DNA from: Takakia lepidozioides
Taxonomy: Eukaryota > Plantae > Bryophyta
Direction of reading: 5' to 3'
DNA length: 64,000 bases
NCBI GenBank assembly: GCA_030704615.1
Contig: CM060733.1
Span: 72,602,001-72,666,000 of the forward strand
Within the stretch, counting starts at the first letter, position 1, and every line of letters begins with the position of its first letter. Under the pieces are notes generated by a model. That model was not told where the DNA came from. It ran no database searches and saw only the letters and a list, made by a program, of their open reading frames with translations. Positions 52,351 to 64,000 of the stretch are shown one piece after another. Position numbers and translations under genes: made by a program.

Positions 52351-52884
52351 CAAAAACCTAACCAAGCTCGGGTGGGGTGGGTGTAGGGTGCTTACCAGGG
52401 ACGGACAGCCGGGTCGAGCCAAGCTCCGGTGACCTACCCTGCAGCACATACACACATAGGGTAGTGGCCCCGGTGAGTTAACAGACCGACAGAGGTGGGG
52501 GAGCTGGAATTGGCGAGCTCGCCTTGCGAGGAAAAGGAAGACAGAGGGGAGGGTTTGAAGGTGCAAGGAAAGCAAGGTAAACGAAAGAGAAGGGATTCCT
52601 AGCTCACCTCCGGAAGACGCACGGCCGAGGGCGAGCAGCTCAACGTTGGAGCTTGGGAGACTCCACAGCCACGGCAAAAAGCAAGTGCACGAAACGCGCC
52701 TTCCTCTGAGCTCTCCCACGACAAGGTGACCTCCGCAACTCTCACCCTCTTGCTGAAATTTCTACCTTGCAAGCGGAGTGAAGAGGAGAGGGAGAGGGAG
52801 CTGGGCCGTGAGAGAGAGAAGGAGGTCGCTTGACGATTTTGAATTTTTTTTAATTAACGACGGTAATCAAATAAATCAAAAGAA

Positions 52885-53545
52885 TCCCGTCGTTGTGTAG
52901 TTGCGACCCCCTGGAGGTCGCTTCCGGGGACTTAGAAGTTTTTAGTGTGCACCCATTTCCCGTCGCTTTCTATAATCGACCCCCTAGAGGTCGCTTATGG
53001 GGACTTGGTAGTTTTAGAGCCGGATGCTAGCTAGTGTGGGCACCCATTTCCCGTCGCTTTCTATATGCGACCCCCTGGAGGTAGCTTCCGGGGACTTGGT
53101 AGTTTTTAGAGCCGGATGCTAGCTAGTGTGGGCACCCATTTCCCGTCGCTTTCTATATGCGACCCCCTGGAGGTAGCTTCCGGGGACTTGGTAGTTTTTA
53201 GAGCCGGATGCTAGCTAGTGTGGGCACCCATTTCCCGTCGCTTTCTATATGCGACCCCCTGGAGGTAGTTTCCGGGGACTTGGTAGTTTTTAGAGCCGGA
53301 TGCTAGCTAGTGTGGGCACCCATTTCCCGTCGCTTTCTATATGCGACCCCCTGGAGGTCGCTTTCGGGGACTTGGTGGTTTTAGTACTGCCGGATGTTGT
53401 GGGCACCCATTTCCCTTCGCTTTCTAGATACGACCCCCTGGAGGTCGATTCATGGACTTAGAAGTTTTGGTGCCGGATGCTGCGGGCACCCATTTCCCGT
53501 TGCACGGTATCTGCAACCCCCAGGTGGTCGCTTCCTGGGGGTTGG
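52885..53545. repeat. 92-bp tandem repeat
   Basis: CACCCATTTCCC starts at 52950, 53041, 53133, 53225, 53317, 53404 and 53487; the central units are almost identical. Confidence 0.95.
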
Positions 53546-55068
53546 AGCTTTTTTGAAAGCATGATGTCCCGTTTCATATAATTCATATATCAGTTGGATG
53601 TGCAATTTCAATAGTGAGGTTTTTGGATTTTTTTTTTATAGGTGATGGTATGCTCACGGCTCGGCCAATCATGGAGGATGATTATCAAAATGTAGCTCCA
53701 CCCGACGAGAACACCTCCAACAATGATGTCCGTATGCTTGATATACTTCCACCTCTTTCAAGACGTTGAAGACGTAGGGATGAGCGGTTGGCGGACGTAC
53801 CTGGAGATGTTCACGTGATTCATGCACAAGGCCTCGAGCATCCCGTTCCACATCCCAGCTTGCCACGTCGAGGTCCTGGCCTCTTAGTCCAGAGCCACGA
53901 GGCCCTGATCGAGCCACTTTGGACAAACCCCCTCGGGTGGAGTGTTGGTGCGGTGTTGGGCACGAGTGGCACCTGGAGGTGTTCCCGTGTTGTGGCAGGA
54001 TCATATTGTGGATGAACACTATCAGACATGGGGGATTGCCGATGCGGCAAGGGTGAGCCTTCTATAACCTATTGTTGTAACATTATTTGTGCTAGTATAT
54101 AAGGACGTACGTTTGTTGTAAGTACTCGTTTATTTAAAAATGACTTGTAATTGATACTGTAATAGAAGTTACTGTGGTTAAATATATGAGTAAACAACAA
54201 ACTAATTGTATGAATTATATATTACATGCAGCCACGAGTCGTTGCCCTCCAAAAGTGTAAAAACAGTACATCACAAATACGTGATGAGTTGGAGGTGGAC
54301 CATCCATTGCTGGATGTGACTTTGTTTTTCCCTCAGGTTGACACAGATAGGGTCCGTGAGACGAGGGGCTTACCCTACGTCCTTTGATTATTTGGTCGCC
54401 AAGCGCGCAGCCGGCCACCGCTTGCACCGGCACCTCCTCATGATGTCAATATTCCACGTCCATCACCAATACGCTCTAGTTGTACTAGTCCAGCTCCACC
54501 TCCTCCACCTTCTGATCCTCATCCATCTGTATCTCCTCCTCGTCCAGTTTGCACTAGTACACCGGCCCATGCAGAGTCACCTACATCACCTCCACTTTGC
54601 ATCACTCCACCGATCCATGAGTCACCTCTACCACCTCCACTTTGCACTAGTACTGCACCGACCCATGCGTCACCTCTATCACATCCAGTTTGCACTAGTA
54701 CAACAGCCCACGAATCACATCTACTTTCGAGTCCACCCCGTGGGCAATCACCTCCCAGCTGCTCACCTGATCATTCACATACCACTCCACCTCCTAGTTC
54801 ACATCACCAATCATCCCAACATATCCGGACAGCTGCTCCTTTCCAATCTCAGGCCCTCGTAGCTGTGTCACGTGCACGTCCCACCCGGACCCCTAGGAGG
54901 TGTAGGCCACCACCGGTACTTGAGGCACGACGGCCCGATGATCCTAGGGTTACTGACAAGGAGTATAGGACGATGTTGCAGACACCATTCAGGCCTAGCC
55001 TTTGGCGTGCACTAGTGCCTCCGGTCCCCATTCCTCAAGGCCAACCATTTCAGTTTGGGGTCGGCGAT

Positions 55069-55526
55069 ATTGTGTGAGAGCCGCCACCAACCCTTCCATG
55101 GGTCGTGGACTATTTGCAATGGAGGATATTGTGGTTCCTCAAGGGAGAGGGCAGATAGTGGACTTATTTCCCTACTTTGGCCCATACTACATGATTTTCC
55201 ACTGGGATCAGATGCGACGGGCAGCCCTTTGGGTGAGACCTTATGGTCTTTGTGTCAATGACCTCGATGTCTTCAATCGGGTGTTGGACCCTGGAACAAG
55301 GGTCATATGTGACAGAGATCCCGATGTGTTCGGGAATGTTGCAAGGTTCATCAATAGTTCAATTGGTAAACCTAAAATGACCAATGTATTGTGGGATGAG
55401 CGACATGACGGGGATGTTAGGCTAACACAATCGATATCAAATTTTGTTATGACATATGCCTGTAGTACGATTCCCGCCGGTTCAGAGTTGTTCGCCTCTT
55501 ATGAGTTCTCTGATAAGATGGGATGA
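55069..55526 (+). pseudogene. SET-domain (lysine methyltransferase-like) coding region at the end of a frameshifted Pro/Ser-rich ORF (~54338-55526)
   Basis: YCVRAATNPSMGRGLFAMEDI..FPYFG, GNVARFINSS, YACSTIPAGSELFASY. A frameshift near 55065 separates it from upstream ORF 54865-55077. Confidence 0.85.
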
Positions 55527-55628
55527 GAAAGGAAATCGGGAGTGGAGGGAGTTTGCCAAACGTTACAAACGTCACTCCCGCGGCCGCCGAGGAAACTCGT
55601 TCTAGGGGATGGTGATTAGTCATGTACA

Positions 55629-55682
55629 GAGAGAGAGAGAAGACTCCGGCCGAGGCCGGCGTAACTAAGAGCCACTTCGCCT
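55629..55682 (-). mobile_element. 54-bp 5'-truncated retroposon tail
   Basis: Flanked by a perfect 13-bp TSD TTAGTCATGTACA; (TC)n tail; same sequence family as 21482-21640. Confidence 0.85.
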
Positions 55683-55863
55683 TTAGTCATGTACACATAT
55701 CGTGGCCCCTATTGTGGCAGCGGTAGGGATTGGTGATTAGGGTTTAGGTTTTAGGCTGAATGTGCCATCGTACATATATTTTTTGGATGCAAATGGAGCA
55801 ATTCCCAACCATTGTATATTAAATGAATTGTGAATGTATTTATAGATCCAAGTACAAGAGCAA

Positions 55864-58567
55864 ATGAGTTCAGCGAACCCTCCAAAGGGCACGCAGGCCG
55901 AGGTGGTCAACAGTACTAGTATTGGCCGCGGAGAACAAGGCCCAGGTGACCATATTGCCCAAGACGGTGACGAGGTGGACAATGAACACAATATGGACAC
56001 TGACGATGTGAGAGCCATGGAGGATTTGTTAATGAACCACTTGGGGGAGGGACAACAAATTGGGGAGGATATGGCTCGCCCGGCCACATTGGATGAAGAT
56101 GCCGACCCAAATCCAATGGAAGCCGAGGCAAACACACCCTTGTATAAAAGAGCAAGAGTGAGTCAACTTTCCACTATACTGTTGTTGCTTAATTTGCAAT
56201 CCCGGTTCGGCATAAGCAACGTTGGCATGTCTGCAATCATGCGCACAATTGCGGACCACATCCTCGCCCCCCATTTGGAGCATAAAATGCCATGTTCAAG
56301 AAAGGAGGCAAGACAGGTTCTAGACACAGTGGGGATGGGCTACAAAATCATCCATGCATGTCCTTGTGATCGCACCTTGTACTATGAAGAGCATGCGCGT
56401 GCTACCACGTGTCCCAAGTGCAAAAAATCTAGATACCGAGATGATGTTCAAGGAAAGAAATCCCACGAAGGTACATTTCTCTTATATTCTCTTTCCTGCC
56501 ATTTATATTTATATACATATATACATGTGTCCACCAACTAATATATCATTTTAGGGTGTAGGGTTTAAGAGGTTGTATCATTCCAATATTATTAGGGTAT
56601 GCATATAGGTTATATGAATCCTTCAACTAATGTAGACTTTACAAAATATCTACATACAAACCTTTGCAAATATATACCCCTCTCTTACGTACAATATGTG
56701 GATCAAAATGACAGAAAGTAAATATTGATATATTTGTTGTGTTTGTGGGGGAGGTTAGAAAATGCATTATTTTCCAATCATCCCGCGCTTGAAAGCACAA
56801 TTCCGCAGTCCATCATTTGCCCAACTCATGAGTGGCATGCGGAGCATCGTTGAGCCCTCCCAGAAAGATGTGCGGCCCTCACGATTCGCCGGCATGGAAA
56901 CACACCGAGGAACAATGGCCTTTTCTGAAGGACGATCCAAGACTTGTTCGGATCAGTTTCTCCGCGGATGGTGTAAACCCATTCTCAGTCCAGTCAAATA
57001 GCCATTCAACATGGCGTGTGACTTTGGTTAACTACAACATCCTTCCTTATCTTGATATCAAGAAGGGTCATATCATGTTGGCTGCCATTGTGCCAGGTGA
57101 ATAACACAACTCTTTTTTTGTTGCTTTAGGATGTACGTGGTAGTACAATGTCGAATATATATGAAACTAAGAATATCATTTGTTCTGTTTGAATTTGAAA
57201 TAATCTTATATGTATTGCAAATAATTTGTGTTGTAGGGAAAGAACAAGTTGCGAATATGGATGTGTATCTGCGTCCATTGGTTGACGAACTCAAGATATT
57301 ATGGAATGGAGTTCCAGCTTATGATGCATCGGCACCCACTGGCCAACGTTCTTTTCTCTTGCGAGGGCTTTTGCTATGGACAATGCATGACTATCCAAGT
57401 ACATTTTAATTTGATATTACCTATTATATATATATATATATATATTCATATTCTACCGTATATCATGTGTTTGTATGTGCTCGTCATGATTTTTCTTTAG
57501 CAATTCATGTTTACGCTCGGTTCATTGAAATTATATGAGGCGATGAATGTTAAATCCCAACTAAATTCATGGTTTTGTGCAGTGCTTTAAGTTTGTTCGG
57601 GACTAAGCACAAAGGGGTACGCATCATGTTCATGTTGTGGGCCAGATAACCTTGATGCAAAGCATTCGAAGAACGTCGCAAAAATGATCTATGCCAACTA
57701 CCGGAAATTGTACAAGTCCAAAATGCATTGGACCATACATATTTCATTGAATGTCATGACATATTCATATGAAATTGCACCAAGTTCAGGGTTTATGACA
57801 AATTATATGGAAATTTCATGATGCGCATGATCTGAAAATCCGGCACCTCCTTGATCCCATGCATATTGAGAAGAATGTGTGCTCGTCACTTATTTGTGTA
57901 CTGAAAAACTTAACCAGGGGGAAGAAGAAACGCGGCGATGATTCCCTTGGTGTGAGGCGAGAGCTCCAAGCCCAAAACCGTATGCCACGACTATGGCCTG
58001 AAGCTGATGGTGTGGACGTGAACAATGCTCCCAAGTGGAAGTATAGGGCGCCAACTTGGACTTGGACAAAGGAGGAATACAAGCAAGTGTGGACCACAAT
58101 ACCAGCTATCCGGACCCCGACCGGGTATGGCGCATCTCTATGCAACAAACTTGAGGATGCCACCACTATCCATGGTTTGAAGTCTCATGACTACCCACAA
58201 TATTTGGCAAGACATCCTTCCCATTGCAATACAAGGGACACTCCATGAGGGCATTTGAAAAGCCATCTATCGACTTGGTGATTTATTCTGTTGGCTTTGC
58301 ACAAAAGAGATGGACGAGGCGGATTTTCCACGAATGAAGGAGGAGGCGGCCACGGTCTTGTTTATGTTGGAGATGCATCTTCCCCCTAATTTCTTTGACA
58401 TCCAAGTGCATTTGGTAGTGCACTTGGTGGAAGAGGCGGAGATTGCCGGGCCGGTCTATGCTCGGTGGATGTACTTTCTAGAGTGTTACATGAAGGAGGT
58501 CAAGGCACACGTGCGGCAAAAGGCACATCCCAAGGGTAGCATGGCAGAGAGGTTGAGTTATTCATGA
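55864..58567 (+). pseudogene. CACTA/En-Spm transposase (TnpD/Tnp2; Transposase_21 + DUF4218), spliced, frameshifted, 3'-truncated
   Basis: IHACPCD..CPKCKKSRY; YFPIIPRLK; DSPAWKH; ADGVNPF; DVYLRPLVDELKILW; WTMHDYP; DPMHIEKNV; LKSHDY; FFDIQVHLVVHL..GPVYARWMY..GSMAE. Confidence 0.95.
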
Positions 58568-59159
58568 GCAGAGACCGAAAATTCCATGAGCAGATGCCAC
58601 CGAACATAGCATTATCCGCCATTCGGAGGCATACTCTTCGCCGAACATAACTCCGAACCGCCGAGCCTGTGCCGAACTTTTAATCTCGGAATTACTGAAG
58701 CAGGGTCCACTGGCAAAGCAGAGCTTGTGCCGAACCTCCTTTTTGTATCCCGAAATTCTTGGAGAAAGGTCATGTCGGTTAGCCGTGCCACGTTCGACGT
58801 CGAACAGCGCCGGGCTGTAGTGCAAGAGGAGGAAAGTTTGAGCCCTAAGAAAAAACGAGAGGATGAGGGCATCGTCCACAATGGTAGCAAGGTTGGAGAT
58901 AATCTGTAGGTGTAATGTAACCCATCAGATCTCCAAAATATTCCCAACCACTCCCATTGTGAGCCCCAACCACATTCCTCGAGTATGAAACCTTGATGCC
59001 AGTTAGGACATATAAAGAAACAGGACCTCCAGCTGCAAACGATATGGGATAAAGATGTGGAAGGTCCAATTTGAAAACAGTCCAAAAAGGCCCAGAATGT
59101 GACAAACGACTAATATGCGCTTCATATTCATGCGAAATAGATTCTTAAAGGAAATGAGA

Positions 59160-60330
59160 GATGATGAATCGGCCAATCACGCCTCGGGAAATGGCCGCGA
59201 TACAGATTGAGTGCGTGGCCGTCCCAGGAGGAACCGATAGTTTCCAGCCGCTTCCCGACAACATAATACTGCACCGCAGCTCCCGGAGTGAATTGCCAGC
59301 GGTAGTATTCCAGGACGCACGCCGAAATGGAAATCTGAAGGAATTTTTGAAATTTCAAGTTGAATTGTTGAAATGGATGAAATGTAATAATGGATGAAAA
59401 CCCGAGGGAAATGGAAATGTGTAGGTACTTATGAAACATCAACTGTGGATTCATTTTGAGGGCAAAAGGCATGTTCGGTGCCGATGTCCAATGTGGAATG
59501 CATTTGATGACCGGTATTGGCATTGGGTATTCTCTCTCTGCAAATTCTTTCTATCGGAAGCAGGGGTTCTAATTCTCCTCATTCAGTCCATACATGTGAG
59601 ATGTCGTCGGGAGCTGGCAATCTATTTGAAAGCTTCAAGGATGAGGATCATTATCAAGACCTGGAATGGTGTGACCACCTTGTACTTGATGAAAGGAGAT
59701 TGTCCAAGTCAAATGACAATTATCTGACCGCATGTGAGTCTTAATCTTTCTTTCGTGTTTTGTGATATCTCATTCATGTCGTCTCTAACTCATGTCTTGT
59801 TTCCCACAGACCCGTCTTTTTTAGGCCATTTGTCTCGTCAGGGTACACCCTCCATCCACTAGTCATGCCTCTGTGAAGAAGTTCAAAAATTCATGGTGTC
59901 TTGGAGAGGGGCCATGTCAAATGGAGTGCCTTAGAGAGGGGCCCAGGAGAAGAGCCCTGCCTTTATTCAGACTCTCATTGAGACTTGTAGCTGGTGTTGG
60001 GCAGCCGCATCTGCATTGATTTGTCTATGGGCACACGTTCTTCTCCATTGTCATCTTCTATTTTTCCACCATCCCGTTTTTTTTTCAACATATTTTTTCT
60101 TATTTTCTGGATCTGTCTCCTGCACTAGGCGCTTCCTTCCATGCTTGCAAGGCTGCCGGCAAACACCTGTTTGGTATGAAAGGGGATGCGGACATTTCGT
60201 GCTTGCAAATTTGCAAGGGTTGCATCCTTTGCCATACTCAAGGAGCCTACTGTGCTTGTTGATCTGAACGAGCCAGACGACAAAGACCTCGATGACGATT
60301 TTCCTATGAGTAAGTTCATTTCGTCAATGT
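59160..60330 (+). pseudogene. Spliced beta-class DNA amino-methyltransferase-like gene, decayed (copy 2)
   Basis: WNAFDDRYWHWVFSLCKFFLSEAGVLILL; GVP*RGAQEKSPAFIQTLIETCS; IDLSMGT|xASFHACKAAGKHLFGMKGDADI with an intron at 60037-60128 in the same position as copy 1. Confidence 0.6.
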
Positions 60331-60819
60331 ATGTAATTTTAGTCCATGGAATGTTGCTGCTTGCTCTCCCCTGCTGTTTTATTTACTGTTTCTAATGCAA
60401 ATGTTGCATTTCCTGTGGCAGGAAAATATCCGGTCTCACAGGGCACAAGGTCTTTGATTCGTGGAATGGATTTTGTTGTAGCCCTCCGCATATTTACCTC
60501 CTCCCCGACTACGCAGAGGCCATTGCTCTAGAGCAAGCTGCCGTGCTCTCTCCTCCCGGCCCCAGCTATGGGTCCGACTTCACGCCACACATTTGGGCAC
60601 CTCATGGCAAGGTTCTTCATAGATGATAGTGCCGCAGTTTCCGGGGATAGTTGTAGTTCTACCACTGCAGATAATATATCTCCTTGAACATGAACATTGT
60701 TCGTAAATGAGGGGACACAGTTCCTGCTTTTCAAATCCTCCTCCTAAGTTGTTATAAAGGTTTATTTTTCCTCAAACCATTTTGACTGATGTGTTCTAGC
60801 TGTATGAAACATCACATTT

Positions 60820-61576
60820 CAGTGAATACAGGCTACGGTGACTACATTTTTGTGTCACAACACGTGTTTTACAAGACAGTTTTTGATTCAATTGTACCTT
60901 AGAGACAAATTTTTATTACAATGATGAAATGGGACTCACTCTTATGTTTCCAACTACTACAAGCTCTAATCTTTAGATTCTCACCAAGAAATGAAGTTGA
61001 TTTGTCGAAGTAATGGACTTTAGAAAAGTGCATATGACAGTGTTACAGTCCATAAAAAAAGGTGTTATGGACTTTTTGCACTCACTATAGAAAACAAAAA
61101 TGATAAAAGGGACTCATATTAGTATTGCTCTACTCTTAAAGACACTAAAGTCCTATAGAGAGCATCAAAAAAATGAAAGTTCTTATTTCTATATATTATT
61201 GTGAGCCTCAAAAAACTGATTTTTGCCAAAGTACATGAATGCATGGAAACAAAATAAAACAATGGATTTGCTTCACTAAAAGGTACATTTCATGTAGATG
61301 GAAAGTAGCTTGAGTCCCACTATGCGATATAATGAAAATAAAAAAGATTATAAATAAAATAAGAAAATGAAAATAATGTCTGTTATTAGAAAAAATAGAA
61401 ATAATGCCATAGTATCTGATACTGTCAACTTTAGACGGTCCATATCTTTCAGCATGGATGAATCTAGCGACTATAATTTTTCCATAATCATTAAATTAAA
61501 ATTGTAAAAAACCTTGGGACTTCTTGTGTAGGCCACCCTGTGGACTTTTCTGAGCCACCGTAGCTTGCATTCACCC
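60820..61576. mobile_element. MITE related to 42214-43008, 4-bp TSD ATTT
   Basis: TIRs GTGAATACAGGCTACGGTG / CACCGTAGCTTGCATTCAC. An empty-site version of the flanking repeat occurs at ~61845-61880. Confidence 0.75.
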
Positions 61577-61579
61577 ATT

Positions 61580-62070
61580 TGGAAAATTATGCAGTATCTT
61601 CAATATTAGTATGCACGTAGTACCTTCATTAATTGACACAACACAATGTCACCCACAATTTTTTTCACCTCTTCTTCGTATTTAAGATCTCATTCTGCTT
61701 TGTAGGGGGAAGATCCACCTATGATCTTCATCTGAGACACCACAATGTCACTCACATTTTTTTTTTCACCTCTTCTTCACATTTAAAACCTCATTGAGCT
61801 TTGCAGGGAAAACATCCTCCATATTGGATGTTTTTCCTGTCTGTATGAAACATCATATTTAGACAAATATGCAATATCTTAAATATTAATATACTAACAG
61901 TACCTTCAGTTGACACAAGTACACAATGTCACCCATAATTTTTTTCACCTTTTATTCAAATTTTAAATCGTCATTGAGTTTTGTAGGGAAAACATCATAA
62001 TAGAATCTTCATTTGGGACAACACAATGTCACTCGTAGTTTGTTTTTAGCTCTTCTTTGTATTTAAGACC
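61580..62070. repeat. Degenerate tandem repeat
   Basis: ACACAATGTCAC..TTTTTTCACCTCTTC..TTTAA..TCATT..GTAGGG recurs four times. Confidence 0.7.
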
Positions 62071-62199
62071 GCATACATGAGGTCAAGGGTGGGGGTGTCG
62101 TGCGCATACGTATCGCTACACAACTACATCGCTGTCCAAACCACACAACACATACACACACCACACAATGGTTTGTCATAAGAACTGCCGTATACGTCG

Positions 62200-64000
62200 T
62201 CTCTCTCCTTTGTGACAATGGGTCCAACGTTAAGCTCCCAGTTGTCCTCCGTAACTGAAACCTTAAGTCCAGCAGACTTAGAGGTAGGAGACGTGTCCTG
62301 TGGTTGATATGTTGCAACCTCTTGAGCAGTGACCACTGCCTGCTCTGTCAGTGACAATGCCTTATCCTGCCCTATCATCCCTTCCTTGAGGACTTCCTTA
62401 GTCTGAGAAAAATCCCCAATCTCATCCATCACCTTAGCCGACTTGGTTGCCAACTCCCTCTGAACCTCGAGCACCTCCCACGTGTGCCATGGATGCCTGC
62501 ACCTTGTGGTCTTCACCTCTTTACCCCCACTCGCTGCCTACGTCGTCTCGGTATGCAGGGAGATTGTCAAGGGAAGTTGAGTAACTAAAGTTGACCGCAG
62601 TCGGCGCTGCTCAGCCATACTCAAGCTAATGATTCAGGTCAAGCAATTGAGATCCATCACTTGCCCCAACACTTGATGACGTGATGCCTCGGAAAGAGAT
62701 GGCACCACCGTGGTACCAGTGGGAAAACCCATTGCCCTCTCGCGCTCGTCAGCATTGGACTCCACTAACTGCTGCAACTGGACACCCCACAAGAGGCCTG
62801 GTCCACTATCCCGGAAAGCATGAGATCCTGGAAAGCTGAGCACTGTAGGCAATGCTGCTTGTAAGTGACCCACCTTATTGACCATTGCCAAAGGTAAGCG
62901 GTCATCGTGTCTCACACTCTGAGACTGCCTCCCTATGTCCAAAATGCTATCCACCGTGAGGTTTGGTGGCCGCTGCACCCCATCAAATGCACGCTTGAGC
63001 AGTGCGGGTGGCATCAAGTTGGTCCACCATAGTCGTGGACGATGGGCCAGTGACCCCACTGCAGTTGCATCCAACAATACTGCTGACCCGAGCCACAACC
63101 AAACCTGATGCACACTGGCCATCACCTTGGCCTGAGAATCACCCATCAATGGTACAATCTCCAAGTTGTATGCTAGAGAGTCCGTCTGCTGAAGCTGTAA
63201 ATAGCGCAGGATCCTTAACATCTCCCAAAACAAGCACGACCTTGAGTCTTGCAATCCATTGTCATGTCTGGCCGATGAATGTCATTGGCAGGGCCAATCT
63301 GCCACTACCAAATGAATGGAGCCAACCCGCTCCAAATCCTACGCCCCTAGCAAAGAAATGTCTGCTGGCAATGTCTGCTGGTATCCACGAACTGCAGACA
63401 CCGGCAACAACTCAGGGTACTGCTGCACTAGTTGAGCAACATGGCGCAGTGAGACGCGGTGTGCAGTCTCATCCCTCTCCACATACAAGTAACGTTGTAC
63501 TCGTACACCTGCCTGTAGCACAGCAGCCAAACCAGTGCTGATCCCGCCAAACAAGTCCAGAAGGGAGATGCCTTCATCCGGGTATTGCCACACAATAGGT
63601 GTGGTGTCCAATGGCGACAGCTGAGGTGGTCCTGGTGCAATCACCGCACTCTCCTCCTCTCCTGATGGTACAAAAGCCTCCACCCAGGCTTTTGCTGCAA
63701 ATCCTTGCTTGTGCCCCACATTGGAGTGTGAGCAATCATGGCAGGCAACTCCGCCATACCATGCATGTCATCATGCTCTGCTAGAGGTAGCACATCCTCT
63801 GTGAGTGCATTGCCCTCCAATAACTATCCAGGCCAACTCACTATGGCTGTGAAGGCTGTACTATCGGCATCTTGCCCCGTTGGGCAGCAGCAATACCCCC
63901 AATGAATGTCACATGGAGTTGCATACGACGACCATCCCCTGATTGCCATCCAGGCCTATAGGAGGCTGACTCCTCCCATAAATCCAGGGTGAAGCCCATG
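62200..64000 (-). pseudogene. C5-cytosine DNA methyltransferase (DNMT3-like) embedded in a probable Gypsy-like polyprotein; decayed and running off the window
   Basis: Motif I LLDLFGGI, II YVERD, IV VVADWPCQ, VI LEIVP (ENV degenerate), VIII AHRPRLWWTNL, IX ERERAMGFPTG, X LGQVMD. Intronless; in-frame stops at ~63340, ~63283 and ~62635. Coding-like sequence continues on both sides. Confidence 0.88.

Noticed and set aside
53010-53330. GTTTTAGAGC..ATGCT recurring at regular spacing, resembling a type II-A CRISPR repeat
   Set aside because: The intervening sequences are identical rather than unique spacers, there are no cas genes, and the context is eukaryotic. It is a 92-bp tandem repeat.
54338-54862. 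His-rich 174-aa ORF
   Set aside because: Appears to be an alternative frame of a Pro/Ser/Thr-rich linker leading to the SET domain.
55737-55756. Telomere-like TTAGGGTTTAGG
   Set aside because: Only 2-3 degenerate units, too short to call.
62634-63719. Bacterial contamination or a restriction-modification system as the source of the methyltransferases
   Set aside because: They are contiguous with plant repeats, decayed, and have no restriction-enzyme partner; the amino-MTase-like copies contain GT-AG introns.

Overview
Eukaryotic nuclear DNA, most likely from a non-seed land plant (bryophyte-like; inferred from the gene and transposon types). There is one intact host gene, a 6-exon DUF630/DUF632 protein on the minus strand (10420-6296). 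The rest is nested transposon DNA: an intact chromoviral Ty3/Gypsy pol with its 3' LTR inserted into another Gypsy, tandem Helitrons, a tRNA-derived SINE family, a hAT transposase, CACTA/En-Spm remains, MITEs with 4-bp TSDs, satellites and long hairpins. The most unusual signal is chromatin-modifying cargo on transposons. (i) A CACTA transposase is flanked upstream by a SET-domain ORF and downstream by a spliced beta-class DNA amino-methyltransferase (N4C/N6A)-like gene; a second copy of that gene lies at ~19.2-20.5 kb with an intron at the same position. (ii) A C5-cytosine methyltransferase, probably inside a Gypsy-like polyprotein, lies at the window end. (iii) A RING-H2 gene sits next to the same repeat array as the hAT transposase. 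All cargo copies here are decayed. All calls come from manual motif reading, with no database searches.
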